In this document: positions 9,891-19,275 of the stretch, in pieces
How the letters are laid out: each line of letters opens with the position of its first letter
Numbering within the stretch: position 1 is the first letter of the stretch
NCBI GenBank assembly: GCA_963422395.1
Contig: OY729431.1
Location: 1,280,001 to 1,344,000 of the forward strand
Source of the DNA: Vicinamibacteria bacterium
Lineage (GTDB): Bacteria > Acidobacteriota > Vicinamibacteria > Marinacidobacterales > Marinacidobacteraceae
Direction: 5' to 3'
Length of the DNA: 64,000 nt
Notes under the pieces: generated by a model
What the model saw: only the letters and a program-made list of their open reading frames with translations
Told to the model about the DNA's origin: nothing
Database searches by the model: none
Program-made: the position numbers and the translations under genes

Positions 9891-10346
9891 TCATTCGGTC
9901 TCTGGTCGTTCCCGACCTGAGATCGCGTCGATCCGGTCGCGGGCGGTGGCGCTGTTGCCCCGCTCGATATCCCGCATCAACATCAGGGTGTTGTGGAAAA
10001 GGTCCAGTTTGCGGCGCAGGCTTTCGAGCAGCGTTTCCTGCGCCTCTTCGTCTTCCGGCGCCTCGGTGGCCCGCCGCCGGCTCTCCTCGATGGCGGCGTC
10101 GAGTGCCCGTCGTTCGGGTTCCATGGCTGCGTGGACACCGCCGAGGCCGTCGTCCGCATCGGCCGAGCGCAATGCGGCTTCGAGGTCGCCGATAGCTTCT
10201 CGGTAGAGGGCTTCGGCCGCCTCGACCGGGTGCGCTGCCTCCGCTGGCGGCGGCACCGGCGTTTCGTCTTCCGCCCACGGCCGCAGGATCACCAAGAGGG
10301 CGCCTCCCGCTGCGATGGCAGGCCAAAGCCACCGTACGGGCCGCAT
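9891..10346 (-). CDS. Hypothetical membrane-anchored helical protein resembling the C-terminal part of acidobacterial anti-sigma factors
   Basis: TM WLWPAIAAGGALLVIL, then YREAIGDLE...LDAAIEESRR...P...LLESLRRKLDL; upstream of DUF4097. Confidence 0.55.
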   Translation of the reverse strand: MRPVRWLWPAIAAGGALLVILRPWAEDETPVPPPAEAAHPVEAAEALYREAIGDLEAALRSADADDGLGGVHAAMEPERRALDAAIEESRRRATEAPEDEEAQETLLESLRRKLDLFHNTLMLMRDIERGNSATARDRIDAISGRERPETE

Positions 10347-10360
10347 GACGCGCTGGAAAC

Positions 10361-12067
10361 CTAACGCGCCGCGAGCAACCAGAGCAACCCGGCGGCAACC
10401 GCCGCGGCGAAGAACACGGTCCAGCCGATGGTGCTGCGGAAGGCGAAGTCGTCCTGGCTCTTGACGGTGGAGCGCCCGGAAGCGATCCGGAGAGCCGCGG
10501 CTTCGAGGCGGACAACCAGTCCGGCTCGAAGGAACCGAGCCAGCGGTCCGAGGGAAGAGAGCACCGAGCCGCATGCGGCGCCGAGGTTCCTGAGCGGTTT
10601 CCGATAGATCCAGTCGAAGTCGAGGGTGACGGCGGGTGCAGGCGTCATTTTCCGTCGGACCAGGGCGAAGAGAACCGCAGTACCCACCAGCAACTGACAA
10701 GTCGAAGAGAGATGATCCAGGGTGTACGGCTCGTACTGCACGGCGAAGGGCAGACGGACATAGAGGAGGTCGGGCAGAATCCCGTAGAGCAGGCAGAGAC
10801 CGCCCGCGATTCCCATCGCGGCGAGCAGATTCGAGGGAAGGGGTCGGACCTCGACGCTGCGGCGTGCCTCGAAGAAGGCGAACCAGGGGAGTTTGAGCCC
10901 GACGGAAAGGAAGGTTCCCACCGCGGCGAGAGTGAGCAGCAGCTCGGCCAGCAGGAAATGCTGCTCTCCTGCGGCGCTGACGATCATGGACTTGCTGATG
11001 AAACCGTTGAACAACGGCCAGCCAGAGATCGAGAGCGCCCCCACCACATACATTCCGACAGCGAAACGCATTCGGGAAGCGATCCCGCCGAGGTCCGAGA
11101 GCCGGCGCATCCCGGTCGCTTCGATGGCCGCGCCCGCCCCCATGAAGAGCAGCGCCTTGTAGAGGATGTGCGAATAGGCGTGCGCGGCGGCGCCGTTCAG
11201 CGCGAGCTGGGTGCCGACCCCCACCGCCGTCACCATGTAGCCGACCTGGCTCACGATGTGGTAGGCGAGCAGTCGGCGGATGTCGTTCTCGATGATGGCG
11301 AACACGACTCCGTAAAGCGCCATGGCGACTCCGAGCGGAACGAGGATCTCGACACCCGGAAACAGTCGGAGCAGCGCGTACACCGCAGTCTTGGTCGTGA
11401 ACGCGGAAAGGAACACCGCTCCGGAGGTCGAGGCTTCGGGATAGGAATCGGTCAGCCAGGCATGGAGCGGCGGAACCGCCGCGTTCAGGGCGACTGCGGT
11501 CAGAACGAACCAGAAGGGCGGCAGGCCGCCTGGTAGGGGGCCGAGGCCGGGGTCGCCTCCTGCTGCGAGGTGGAATGCGACTCCGAGGAACAGGAGGGCG
11601 CCTCCGACCGCATGTACGAGCAGGTAGCGCATCCCCGCGCGTCGGGCGCGGCCGGTCCTTCCCATCCAGAGGAGCGCGAGGGACGCGAGCGCCATCAGCT
11701 CCCAGAAGATGAAGAAGGTGATCCAGTCCCCCGCCAGCACTGTGGAAATCGCGGACCCGGCATAGAGCAGGGCTCCGGCGGTTTCGCCGGCTCCCATCCG
11801 GTGGACTCCGTAGAGGAGACCCAGCAGGGTCACGATCGTGAAGACGAGGGCGAACAGGAGGCTCAGTTCGTCGGCCCGGAACCAGGTGAGCTGGAACCCG
11901 GCGACGGTGGCCTCACGAGTTCCCGGAGAAAGTCGCAGCAAGCCGAGCAAGGCCGGGATGGCGAAGGCGATCCCCACTCCGGCGGCCGGGACTCGGCGGC
12001 CGGCGGCGGCGGCGGCGAGTGCTCCGGCGAAGAGCCACATCCCGGGATGCAGCAAGGCGCTGTTCAA
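10361..12067 (-). CDS. mrpD: Na+/H+ antiporter subunit D-like (proton-conducting membrane transporter)
   Basis: FFIFWELM, PLHAWLTDSYPEA, FTTKTAVY, RRLLAYHIVSQVGYM, ALLFMGAG; TTG start overlaps the upstream stop. Confidence 0.88.
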   Translation of the reverse strand: MNSALLHPGMWLFAGALAAAAAGRRVPAAGVGIAFAIPALLGLLRLSPGTREATVAGFQLTWFRADELSLLFALVFTIVTLLGLLYGVHRMGAGETAGALLYAGSAISTVLAGDWITFFIFWELMALASLALLWMGRTGRARRAGMRYLLVHAVGGALLFLGVAFHLAAGGDPGLGPLPGGLPPFWFVLTAVALNAAVPPLHAWLTDSYPEASTSGAVFLSAFTTKTAVYALLRLFPGVEILVPLGVAMALYGVVFAIIENDIRRLLAYHIVSQVGYMVTAVGVGTQLALNGAAAHAYSHILYKALLFMGAGAAIEATGMRRLSDLGGIASRMRFAVGMYVVGALSISGWPLFNGFISKSMIVSAAGEQHFLLAELLLTLAAVGTFLSVGLKLPWFAFFEARRSVEVRPLPSNLLAAMGIAGGLCLLYGILPDLLYVRLPFAVQYEPYTLDHLSSTCQLLVGTAVLFALVRRKMTPAPAVTLDFDWIYRKPLRNLGAACGSVLSSLGPLARFLRAGLVVRLEAAALRIASGRSTVKSQDDFAFRSTIGWTVFFAAAVAAGLLWLLAAR

Positions 12068-12309
12068 CGGTCTCCCTCGCGGTGGTAGTGGTTCTCGGGC
12101 CGCGAAAGCGCCGGCTTCAAGATCCGGATTCCGAGGCCGACGAGCGCCGCGGCGCCCGCGAATCCCCACACCAGATCCCAAAGCGGCCACTCGTTCCACG
12201 GTCCCCCGTGGTGCGACGGCGAGCCCAGGAACGAGAGCACTTCGAGACCGAGAAGGGTCACGGCGACGAGAGTTCCGGCCGCGATCCCGGCCAGCAGCCG
12301 CAGTTTCAC
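12064..12309 (-). CDS. Small 2-TM protein of the Mrp operon
   Basis: GTG overlaps the previous stop; WDLVWGFAG...LKPALSRPENHY resembles small Mrp-operon ORFs. Confidence 0.65.
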   Translation of the reverse strand: MKLRLLAGIAAGTLVAVTLLGLEVLSFLGSPSHHGGPWNEWPLWDLVWGFAGAAALVGLGIRILKPALSRPENHYHREGDR

Positions 12310-13820
12310 GGCGTTCCGCCGATGGCGGCGAGCAGGTCCGGCGCTCCCCGCGCGACGCTCCGGGCGGCCGACTCGGCGAGCGACCAGAACCGCACGCCGG
12401 CGTCGGGTGCGAGCCCCAGCACCACTGCGGCCAGGGCGGCGAAGACCGGCGGCGCCACCAGCCAGAGCGACGGCTCCCGGATCCCTTCGGTTCGACCCGA
12501 CTCGAAAACCGCGATCCGCAGGATCGGGAGGTAGTAGGCGAGGTTCAGGAGGCCGCTCGCCACCAGCAGGGCTGCCACCCAGGCATGGCCTCCGGCGATC
12601 CCGCCGAGCGCGAGGTTCCACTTGCCGATGAATCCCGGGAGCAACGGAATCCCGGCCATGCCGAATGCACCTAGCGCGAACGCGCCGAAGGTGACGGGCA
12701 TCGCCCGGCCGAGGCCGCCGAGATCCCGGATGTACTCCTTGCCGGTAGCCGCGTACACCGATCCGGCGCAGAAGAAGAGGGTGATCTTCGAGAAGCCGTG
12801 GGCGGCGATGTGGAAGGCGGCTCCGGCCAGCGCGAGGGGGGTTCCGATCGCGCCGCCGAGCACGATGTAGCTGAGCTGGCTGATCGTCGAATAGGCGAGC
12901 CGGCGTTTCAGGTGGTTCTCGCCGAGGGCCCGGAGGGAAGCGAAGAGGATCGTTCCCGCGGCGAGCAGGGCGAGGGGCAGGCTCAGCCCCAGATCGCGCA
13001 TCAGCTCGGGACCGAAGACCCAACCGGTCAACCGCAGTGTCCCGAAGGCCCCGGCCTTGACCACCGCCACTGCGTGGAGCAGGGCGCTCACTGGAGTGGG
13101 AGCCACCATCGCGGCCGGAAGCCATCCATGGAGCGGAAACACGGCAGCCTTCGCCCCGACTCCGATGAGGAAGAGCGCGAACAGCAACCGGAGCGCCCCG
13201 TCATCCGCAGTTCCGGCGAGGAAGCCTCCGGGAGTGAAATGGGCGCCGGGTGCGATGATCGCGATCCAGACCACGGCTCCCAGCAACATTTGGCCGGCGA
13301 ACAGGGTGTACGCCAGGTAGGAGCGCCCCGAGCCGAGCACCCCCGGCGTCCGCCGGTGCACGACGAGCGGCCAGGTCGCCAGGGTCAGCACTTCGTAGCA
13401 GATGAGGAAAGTGACCGGATTGGCGGCGAGGGCGATCCCGGCCGCCGAGGCCGAGGCGACCGCGAAGGCGGCGAAGTAGCCGGTCTGGTGCGAAGAGCGA
13501 AGGGTTCGCAGGTATCCCACGGAATACGCCGAGGTGGCGGTCCACAGGATCGAAGAAAGGATGAGAAAGAGGAGAGCCAGCGGGTCGGCGCGAAACTGGA
13601 GGGCGGCGCCGGGAAGCAGGGGGAGTTCCGGACTCAGGGGGACCGTTCCGGAAAACACCGCCGGAAGCATGGAAAGCGCCGCTCCGAGCTGCACTGCGGC
13701 GGCCAGGAAGGTCCAGCCCTCGCGCAGATTCGGCCGCCGCGCGGAAAGCAGGATCGGCCCGGCGGCAGCGAGCCCCGCTCCCACCGCCAGGAGCGGCTTC
13801 AGCGACAGGATCTCGTTCAT
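12306..13820 (-). CDS. mrpD: Na+/H+ antiporter subunit D
   Basis: YEVLTLATWPLVVH, PLHGWLPAAMVAPTPVSALLHAVAVVKAG, KRRLAYSTISQLSY. Confidence 0.9.
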   Translation of the reverse strand: MNEILSLKPLLAVGAGLAAAGPILLSARRPNLREGWTFLAAAVQLGAALSMLPAVFSGTVPLSPELPLLPGAALQFRADPLALLFLILSSILWTATSAYSVGYLRTLRSSHQTGYFAAFAVASASAAGIALAANPVTFLICYEVLTLATWPLVVHRRTPGVLGSGRSYLAYTLFAGQMLLGAVVWIAIIAPGAHFTPGGFLAGTADDGALRLLFALFLIGVGAKAAVFPLHGWLPAAMVAPTPVSALLHAVAVVKAGAFGTLRLTGWVFGPELMRDLGLSLPLALLAAGTILFASLRALGENHLKRRLAYSTISQLSYIVLGGAIGTPLALAGAAFHIAAHGFSKITLFFCAGSVYAATGKEYIRDLGGLGRAMPVTFGAFALGAFGMAGIPLLPGFIGKWNLALGGIAGGHAWVAALLVASGLLNLAYYLPILRIAVFESGRTEGIREPSLWLVAPPVFAALAAVVLGLAPDAGVRFWSLAESAARSVARGAPDLLAAIGGTP

Positions 13821-15391
13821 CGCGTCGGGGCGGAGAGGGAAGAAGCCGCCGTTCCCGCGCCGGGGCGCCAGTCCGGCAAGACCCGCTGCTGCAGCGGGCC
13901 GGCGAAGATGCCCGCGAGCAGCACGAGCACGGCGAGCCCGGTAACGGGGACCGTCAGCGAGCGGGGAAACTGCAAACCGACGATCGGTCGCGTTGCGCCG
14001 GAGTCCTGCCCCTCCCTCGGGGAGGCTGGGCGGAACCAGAGGATCTCCAGCATGCGCAGGAAGTAGATGGCCGCCAGCAGGCTCGAAACGAGCAGGGCGG
14101 CGAAGGCGGTGATACCGCCGGGACCGCCGGCATCGATCGCGGCGGCGAGGAGCAGGTACTTGGAAAAGAACCCGGCGGTCGGGGGGATGCCGATCATGGA
14201 GAGGCCCGCCACGCTCAAGGCGGCGGCGACCCAGGGGGCGCGGGCGCCGAGACCCGCCCAGCTGCCGTGGCCTCCGGTTCCCGGTTCCTGGAGCAATCCG
14301 CCGGCGCCGAGGAACAGACAGCCCTTCGCGAGGGCGTGGGCGAGCATGTGGAACACGGCTCCGGTGATCGCGAGTTCCGATCCAAGCGCGATTCCGAGCA
14401 GGATGGCGCCCATCGCCGAGACGCTCGACCAGGCGAGCATGCGGGGGATCTCCCGCTGAGCCACCGCGAACACGCCTCCGGCGAGGACACCGGCGATTCC
14501 GAGCCAGAGGATTCCATCGAGCACCAGGGTGCCGGCTTCGGTCCCGGCGAGTGTCTCTCCCAGCAGGCGCAACAGTGCGTAGGCGCTGACCTTGGCCATC
14601 ACCGCGGCGATGATCCCGGCCGCTGCTGCGGGAGCGAACACATAGGTGTCCGGCAGCCAGCCGTGGAGCGGGAAGAGGGCCGCCTTGATGGCGAGACCGA
14701 TTGCGATCAGGCATACCCCGACGGTCACCGCAGCGGGTGCTTCGACCCCCGAAAGCCGGGCGGCGAGATCGTCCAGGTGCAGCGTTCCGGTGAGCGCGTA
14801 GAGGAAGCCCACTCCGAGCAGGTAGAGCGAACCCGCGGCAGTGCTCGCGAGGAGATAGCGGAAGGCGGCGATCGTCGCGCGGCCCCCTGCCGAAGCAACC
14901 AGCGTGCAGGCGGCGAGTGACGAGATCTCGAGGAAGACGAAGAGGTTGAAGACATCGCGGGTGACGCAGATGCCGAGCAGGCCGGCCACGAGCAGGAGCA
15001 TCGCGCCGCGGAGAAGACCCTCGCGCATGGGGGTCGGGTCGGCCCCTGGCCGATCCGCGCTCTCCCCCCTCGGCGAAACGGGCGGGGAGCCCGACGGGTG
15101 TGCGGCGGCAGCGAAACAGGCGATTCCCGCCACCAGCACCGCGAGAAATCCACTCAGACTGTCGAACCACAGCTCGATGCCCCACGGACCCGGCCAGCCG
15201 CCGACCGCATGCCGAATCGACCCCGAAGGGAGTACTCCGCCGAGCAAGGCGACCGCTACTCCGGCGACCGCGGCGTGGATTCCCAGCGCGAGCCACCGGG
15301 TACTGCGGCGGAAGCACACAGCAGCGAGCGGTACCAGCGCCGCACCGGCGAGTGGAAGCGCGACCAGCAGGCCGGGGAGCGAGTCGCGCAA
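13817..15391 (-). CDS. mrpD: Na+/H+ antiporter subunit D
   Basis: HAVGGWPGPWGIE, DVFNLFVFLEISSLA, IKAALFPLHGWLPDTY, GIPPTAGFFSK. Confidence 0.9.
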   Translation of the reverse strand: MRDSLPGLLVALPLAGAALVPLAAVCFRRSTRWLALGIHAAVAGVAVALLGGVLPSGSIRHAVGGWPGPWGIELWFDSLSGFLAVLVAGIACFAAAAHPSGSPPVSPRGESADRPGADPTPMREGLLRGAMLLLVAGLLGICVTRDVFNLFVFLEISSLAACTLVASAGGRATIAAFRYLLASTAAGSLYLLGVGFLYALTGTLHLDDLAARLSGVEAPAAVTVGVCLIAIGLAIKAALFPLHGWLPDTYVFAPAAAAGIIAAVMAKVSAYALLRLLGETLAGTEAGTLVLDGILWLGIAGVLAGGVFAVAQREIPRMLAWSSVSAMGAILLGIALGSELAITGAVFHMLAHALAKGCLFLGAGGLLQEPGTGGHGSWAGLGARAPWVAAALSVAGLSMIGIPPTAGFFSKYLLLAAAIDAGGPGGITAFAALLVSSLLAAIYFLRMLEILWFRPASPREGQDSGATRPIVGLQFPRSLTVPVTGLAVLVLLAGIFAGPLQQRVLPDWRPGAGTAASSLSAPTR

Positions 15392-15439
15392 CTTCTCGTT
15401 TTCCTCGAAGGCGGAGCTGTGAGCCCCGGGCTGGTCCGG

Positions 15440-15784
15440 CTACCGGAGCCTTTCGAGCAGCCGGTCCTCGTTCAGGGAGTGGAACCGGCGCCGGATCACA
15501 GTGAGGAGCGCGAGCGCGAGTCCCGTCGTGGAAACGGACACCACGATCGCGGTCAGCATCAGGGTATGGGGCAGGGGATTCATGAACGCTGCCGCCGACG
15601 GGGCTTCGGACCCGGTGAGGATCGGCGCCTGAGCGCCCTGTTTGAAGCCGACGGACACGAAGAACACGATGACCCCGACCTGCATCACATTCATGGCGAG
15701 CAATTTCCGGAGCAGGTTGGGCAGCAGAGCGATCCCGGCGATCCCGAGGGTGAAGAGGGCGGCGGGGAACAGGTAGATCGTCAT
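15440..15784 (-). CDS. mrpC: Na+/H+ antiporter subunit C
   Basis: NLLRKLLAMN, NPLPHTLMLTAIVVSVS. Confidence 0.92.
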   Translation of the reverse strand: MTIYLFPAALFTLGIAGIALLPNLLRKLLAMNVMQVGVIVFFVSVGFKQGAQAPILTGSEAPSAAAFMNPLPHTLMLTAIVVSVSTTGLALALLTVIRRRFHSLNEDRLLERLR

Positions 15785-15821
15785 CGCCCGATCGGTTTCG
15801 TTCGAGGGGCTCCGGATGGGT

Positions 15822-16661
15822 TTACGCCGGGTCTCCGGTCTCCCGGACGCCCACGCTGATGGTGTCGAAGAGCACCGCGACCGTACCGGCGACGGCCAGG
15901 AAGACCGCCGCTTCCACGCCCAAGGTGGCGAGGGCGCGCCGCGCGGCGGGGTCCTCTCCGAGGGGAATCGCTCCGTAATCCAGAAAGGAGCCGCCGAAGG
16001 CCATCGCCGCGAAGCCGATCGTCAGATAGGCCAGCAACCCGGAGCACGCCATCACGAACGAAGCCCGAAGGCCGGGGCCGAACGCCGGAACTCCCGGGTC
16101 TCCGGCGCGTGGGGGGCGGGACGGTCCCCAGACGAGCCGCATGGTCACGAGGCCGCACCCGAAGAGCACGCCGCCCTGAAAGCCCCCGCCGGGGCTGATG
16201 TGGCCGTGCGCCAGCACATAGACCGCGAACAGCAGGATGAAGGGAACCAGGATGCGGGCCGAGGTGTCCAGCAGGCCGCTCCCGAAGCGGTGGGACATGC
16301 CGACGGCGGGTTCGGATCGGGAGGCGCCTGTCGAAGAGGCGAGAACCACGAAACAGCCGAGTCCGGCGGCGAAGATCACTGCCGTTTCTCCCAGCGTGTC
16401 GTAGCCGCGGTAGTCGGCCAGGACTGCGGTGACCATGTTGGCGGCGCCGGTTTCTCGAGCGGCGTCCTCGATGAAACGGGGAGACACATGGGTGGACGCC
16501 GGGGACGCGGGGTCCCCGAGCGGCGGGAGTTCGGCGGCCCCCAGAGCCAAGCCAGCGAAGAAGGCGGCGAAGACGAGCACCCCGAGCGGGCGGTGAACGG
16601 TTCGACGGGCCCCGGGCAACTCTCGGCCGGTGCGGGCCGCCGGAGTTCTTCGCCCCGGCAT
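15822..16661 (-). CDS. mrpB: Na+/H+ antiporter subunit B (MbhE+MnhB domains)
   Basis: NMVTAVLADYRGYDTLGE and HGHISPGGGFQGG motifs. Confidence 0.88.
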   Translation of the reverse strand: MPGRRTPAARTGRELPGARRTVHRPLGVLVFAAFFAGLALGAAELPPLGDPASPASTHVSPRFIEDAARETGAANMVTAVLADYRGYDTLGETAVIFAAGLGCFVVLASSTGASRSEPAVGMSHRFGSGLLDTSARILVPFILLFAVYVLAHGHISPGGGFQGGVLFGCGLVTMRLVWGPSRPPRAGDPGVPAFGPGLRASFVMACSGLLAYLTIGFAAMAFGGSFLDYGAIPLGEDPAARRALATLGVEAAVFLAVAGTVAVLFDTISVGVRETGDPA

Positions 16662-16912
16662 CAGTCGAAACTCCGGCCGGTGCGGAACGCTGTCGATACG
16701 AAGAGGATCGTGGTCAGGGCGCCCCCGACGCAGGCCTCGGTCAAGGCGACATCGACCGCGCCCACGAGGGCGAACCAGGTGGCCGCCGCGAAGCTGAAGA
16801 CGCCGAAGAGAGCCGCGGCGGAGAGCAGGTCGCTCACGAAGAGCGCGGCCGCCGCCGTGATCAACAGGATCGCGAGCAGGCCGAGGCCGAGCAGACCGGA
16901 GGGCGCGATCAT
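16661..16912 (-). CDS. DUF4040 (MbhD-like) antiporter subunit
   Basis: DLLSAA...GAVDVALTEACVGG; ATGA coupling with mrpG. Confidence 0.82.
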   Translation of the reverse strand: MIAPSGLLGLGLLAILLITAAAALFVSDLLSAAALFGVFSFAAATWFALVGAVDVALTEACVGGALTTILFVSTAFRTGRSFD

Positions 16913-17256
16913 CGTCTCGGTCTCGGTGCCGGGATCGGCGGCTCCGCGGGATGCCACTGGGGGACGGCGCTTCGCCGCGCTGCCCGCCCCAGCGCATGGG
17001 TGGCCGTCGGACCGGCCACCGCCACGATCAGCCAGACGAAGGCGAGCTTCATCGCCACCGCTGGGTCTCCGGAGAGCAGTGCCAGAGCCGCCAGCGCGAG
17101 CAGAAGCCCGGCAGTGTCACATTTCCCGACCGCGTGCAGGCGGGTGTAGAAGTCGGGAAGGCGCAGGATTCCGACCACTGCCGCCAGCGTGAAGAACAAG
17201 GAGCAGGCCAGGAGCAGCGCCGCGAATCCTTCGACCGGGGAGATGTCGTGGATCAC
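16909..17256 (-). CDS. mrpG: Na+/H+ antiporter subunit G
   Basis: GILRLPDFYTRLHAVGK, PTATHALGRAA. Confidence 0.92.
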   Translation of the reverse strand: MIHDISPVEGFAALLLACSLFFTLAAVVGILRLPDFYTRLHAVGKCDTAGLLLALAALALLSGDPAVAMKLAFVWLIVAVAGPTATHALGRAARRSAVPQWHPAEPPIPAPRPRR

Positions 17257-17519
17257 GAACCACTCGTTCCCTCGAAGTACTTCGCGAGCACCAGAGCCCC
17301 GAGGAATCCGACGAGTGCGTAGGCCAGGGCGATGTCGGTGAACATCTCCGGTGTGCCGGACAGCTGACCTGCGACCAAGAGCAGGATCAGGGTCTTGGTC
17401 CCCGTCAGCGCCAGGCCGGAGAGCCGATCCCAGAGCGTGGGGCCGCGAACCACCCGCACCAGGGAACCGGCGACTGCGACGAAGACGGCGCCCGCGAACC
17501 CGGTCAACAGCAAGGACAT
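17253..17519 (-). CDS. mrpF: Na+/H+ antiporter subunit F
   Basis: RVVRGPTLWDR, DIALAYALVGFLG. Confidence 0.9.
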   Translation of the reverse strand: MSLLLTGFAGAVFVAVAGSLVRVVRGPTLWDRLSGLALTGTKTLILLLVAGQLSGTPEMFTDIALAYALVGFLGALVLAKYFEGTSGS

Positions 17520-17541
17520 CAGGAGGACATCAGCAGGGATA

Positions 17542-18042
17542 TCAGGGAACCGGACGCGGTGCGGCGAAGAGTCCGCGGACCCGCTCCGCCATGTCCCCTC
17601 CAGTGGTGCCGAGGCTGGCTGCCGCCGGTTCGTCGATGGCGTGGATCACCATGCCCTCCGCATCGCAATCGAGCGTTACCGTGCCGGGAGTCAGGGTGAT
17701 CGAGTGTGCGAGCGTGAGGCGGGCGGCGTCGTGCGGCAGGGCGTCCTCGATCCGGACGATCCGCGGGCGGAGGGGCATGCGAGGATGCAGCACGAGCCTG
17801 GCCACGGAGGTCGCGGATCGGAAGATCTGGAGTACCAACCACCCGGCGTAGGCGGCGAACCGATGGACCCGCAAGACGCAGGGGATGAACTGCTCTGCCG
17901 GCATCGGCGGCGGCGGCAGCCGGAAGAGCCGGCGCGAACCCAACGCGACTCCGGTCGCAGCGAGCCCTCCGAGGCCGAGGTGGAAGGCATCGAATTCGCC
18001 TGACAGGGCGACCCAGAAACCGAAGAGCAGCAGAATCGCCAC
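17542..18042 (-). CDS. mrpE: Na+/H+ antiporter subunit E (start uncertain)
   Basis: FWVALSG, LAHSITLTPGTVT, IHAID. Confidence 0.88.
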   Translation of the reverse strand: MAILLLFGFWVALSGEFDAFHLGLGGLAATGVALGSRRLFRLPPPPMPAEQFIPCVLRVHRFAAYAGWLVLQIFRSATSVARLVLHPRMPLRPRIVRIEDALPHDAARLTLAHSITLTPGTVTLDCDAEGMVIHAIDEPAAASLGTTGGDMAERVRGLFAAPRPVP

Positions 18043-18078
18043 GGGCAGCGGAGGAACGCGCCGGCGGCGCGCCGGTAG

Positions 18079-18267
18079 CAGCCTGTGGATGAAGTGGCGC
18101 GAGCCCCAAGAGCGGTGAGGCGCGCGGCGGACAAGGCGCGAATCGGGAGGCATACCGGGTGTATTCCGACGGAATCGCAACGCCGAGCGGAGCGGCCAGT
18201 TCTCCGGATGGGGGCTCCGCCGTGATGCATCGCCGGCCTTTGGCCGTGTGACTTTGTCCACAGGCTG
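18079..18267. mobile_element. Family A MITE (189 bp)
   Basis: CAGCCTGTGGA...TCCACAGGCTG with GTAG/CTAG flanks; in the 5' region of the Mrp operon. Confidence 0.88.
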
Positions 18268-18400
18268 CTAGCTCCGGGGGTTCGCCTGACTCGCCGCTCC
18301 GCTGCCTGTCTCGGGTCCGTCCGGCATCACGGGAGAATCGTACGGCGGGAGGCGTTCGTGAGCGCAGCAGCCGGGCGGGCGAACGGGAAGCGCACCGGGG

Positions 18401-19258
18401 CTACTTGTAGTAGTTGACGCCGATCACGAACTGCTGCGTGCGGAAGGAGAAGTCCTTCGGCGACCATATCCGGTATTCGGCCCGCGCCGACAGGTAGTCG
18501 AACACATAGACCTCGAAACCGACTCCGGCGTGGGCGGTTGCGGTATATGTCGCGTCGTCGAGAGTGACCTCGTTCTTCAGCGGACGCCGAATTCCGATGG
18601 GTTGGCTCACTTCTCCGTCGGCGGGAGGATCCACCGTCTCGTACACGAAGTCTTCGCGCAGCTCGTCTCGGCGCACCACCCCGCCGCCCACCAGAAGATA
18701 CATCTGGAAAGGCTGGCGCCGACCGAGGTGGAACACCAGCGATCCATCCAGGTGGTAGCGGTTCGTGCGGAATTGGTAGGCCGGCTCGGCGAGGACATCC
18801 TCGACGGGCTGATCCTCGGCGGTGTAGCGCCGGTTGGAACGGCCGAAGAAGAGACCGGTCTCGAAGCTGAGCCGCTCGCTGGCGCGGAGCGCGAGAGATC
18901 CGCCCAAGCCCGCGCCCCGGCCGAGGCTCAGCTGGGGACGGGCGAAGAATTGCAGCCCGGCTCCGGCAAAAAAACGAAACCGGTGCGCCTGTCCCGCCGC
19001 GGGTGCAGCCGCGCCGAGCGCCAGCAGGAACGCCGTCAGGAGGAGCGCCCGGCGGCCAGCCCGGTGACTGGTCCGGCGGCCAAGCCGCCCGGAAACCGCC
19101 GGGGTCGGATCGTCCTGTGCAATCAAGGGGTCCAGAATGCTACTCCATGCGCCGGATGGCCGGATTCCGCCTCGCGGGCGAAGTGCGGCGTCTGCGTTCG
19201 GGGGGCCGGTGCCGGGACTCTTCGCCCGCGTACCATCCAGACAACCTGCCCAAACCAT
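18401..19258 (-). CDS. Outer-membrane beta-barrel protein (OmpA/OmpW-like; true start probably ~19100-19130)
   Basis: Signal-peptide-like LLLTAFLLALGAAAPAAG, alternating beta strands, AHAGVGFEVY, C-terminal GVNYY. Confidence 0.7.
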   Translation of the reverse strand: MVWAGCLDGTRAKSPGTGPPNADAALRPRGGIRPSGAWSSILDPLIAQDDPTPAVSGRLGRRTSHRAGRRALLLTAFLLALGAAAPAAGQAHRFRFFAGAGLQFFARPQLSLGRGAGLGGSLALRASERLSFETGLFFGRSNRRYTAEDQPVEDVLAEPAYQFRTNRYHLDGSLVFHLGRRQPFQMYLLVGGGVVRRDELREDFVYETVDPPADGEVSQPIGIRRPLKNEVTLDDATYTATAHAGVGFEVYVFDYLSARAEYRIWSPKDFSFRTQQFVIGVNYYK

Positions 19259-19275
19259 CTTCGATGTCCGCCTCG

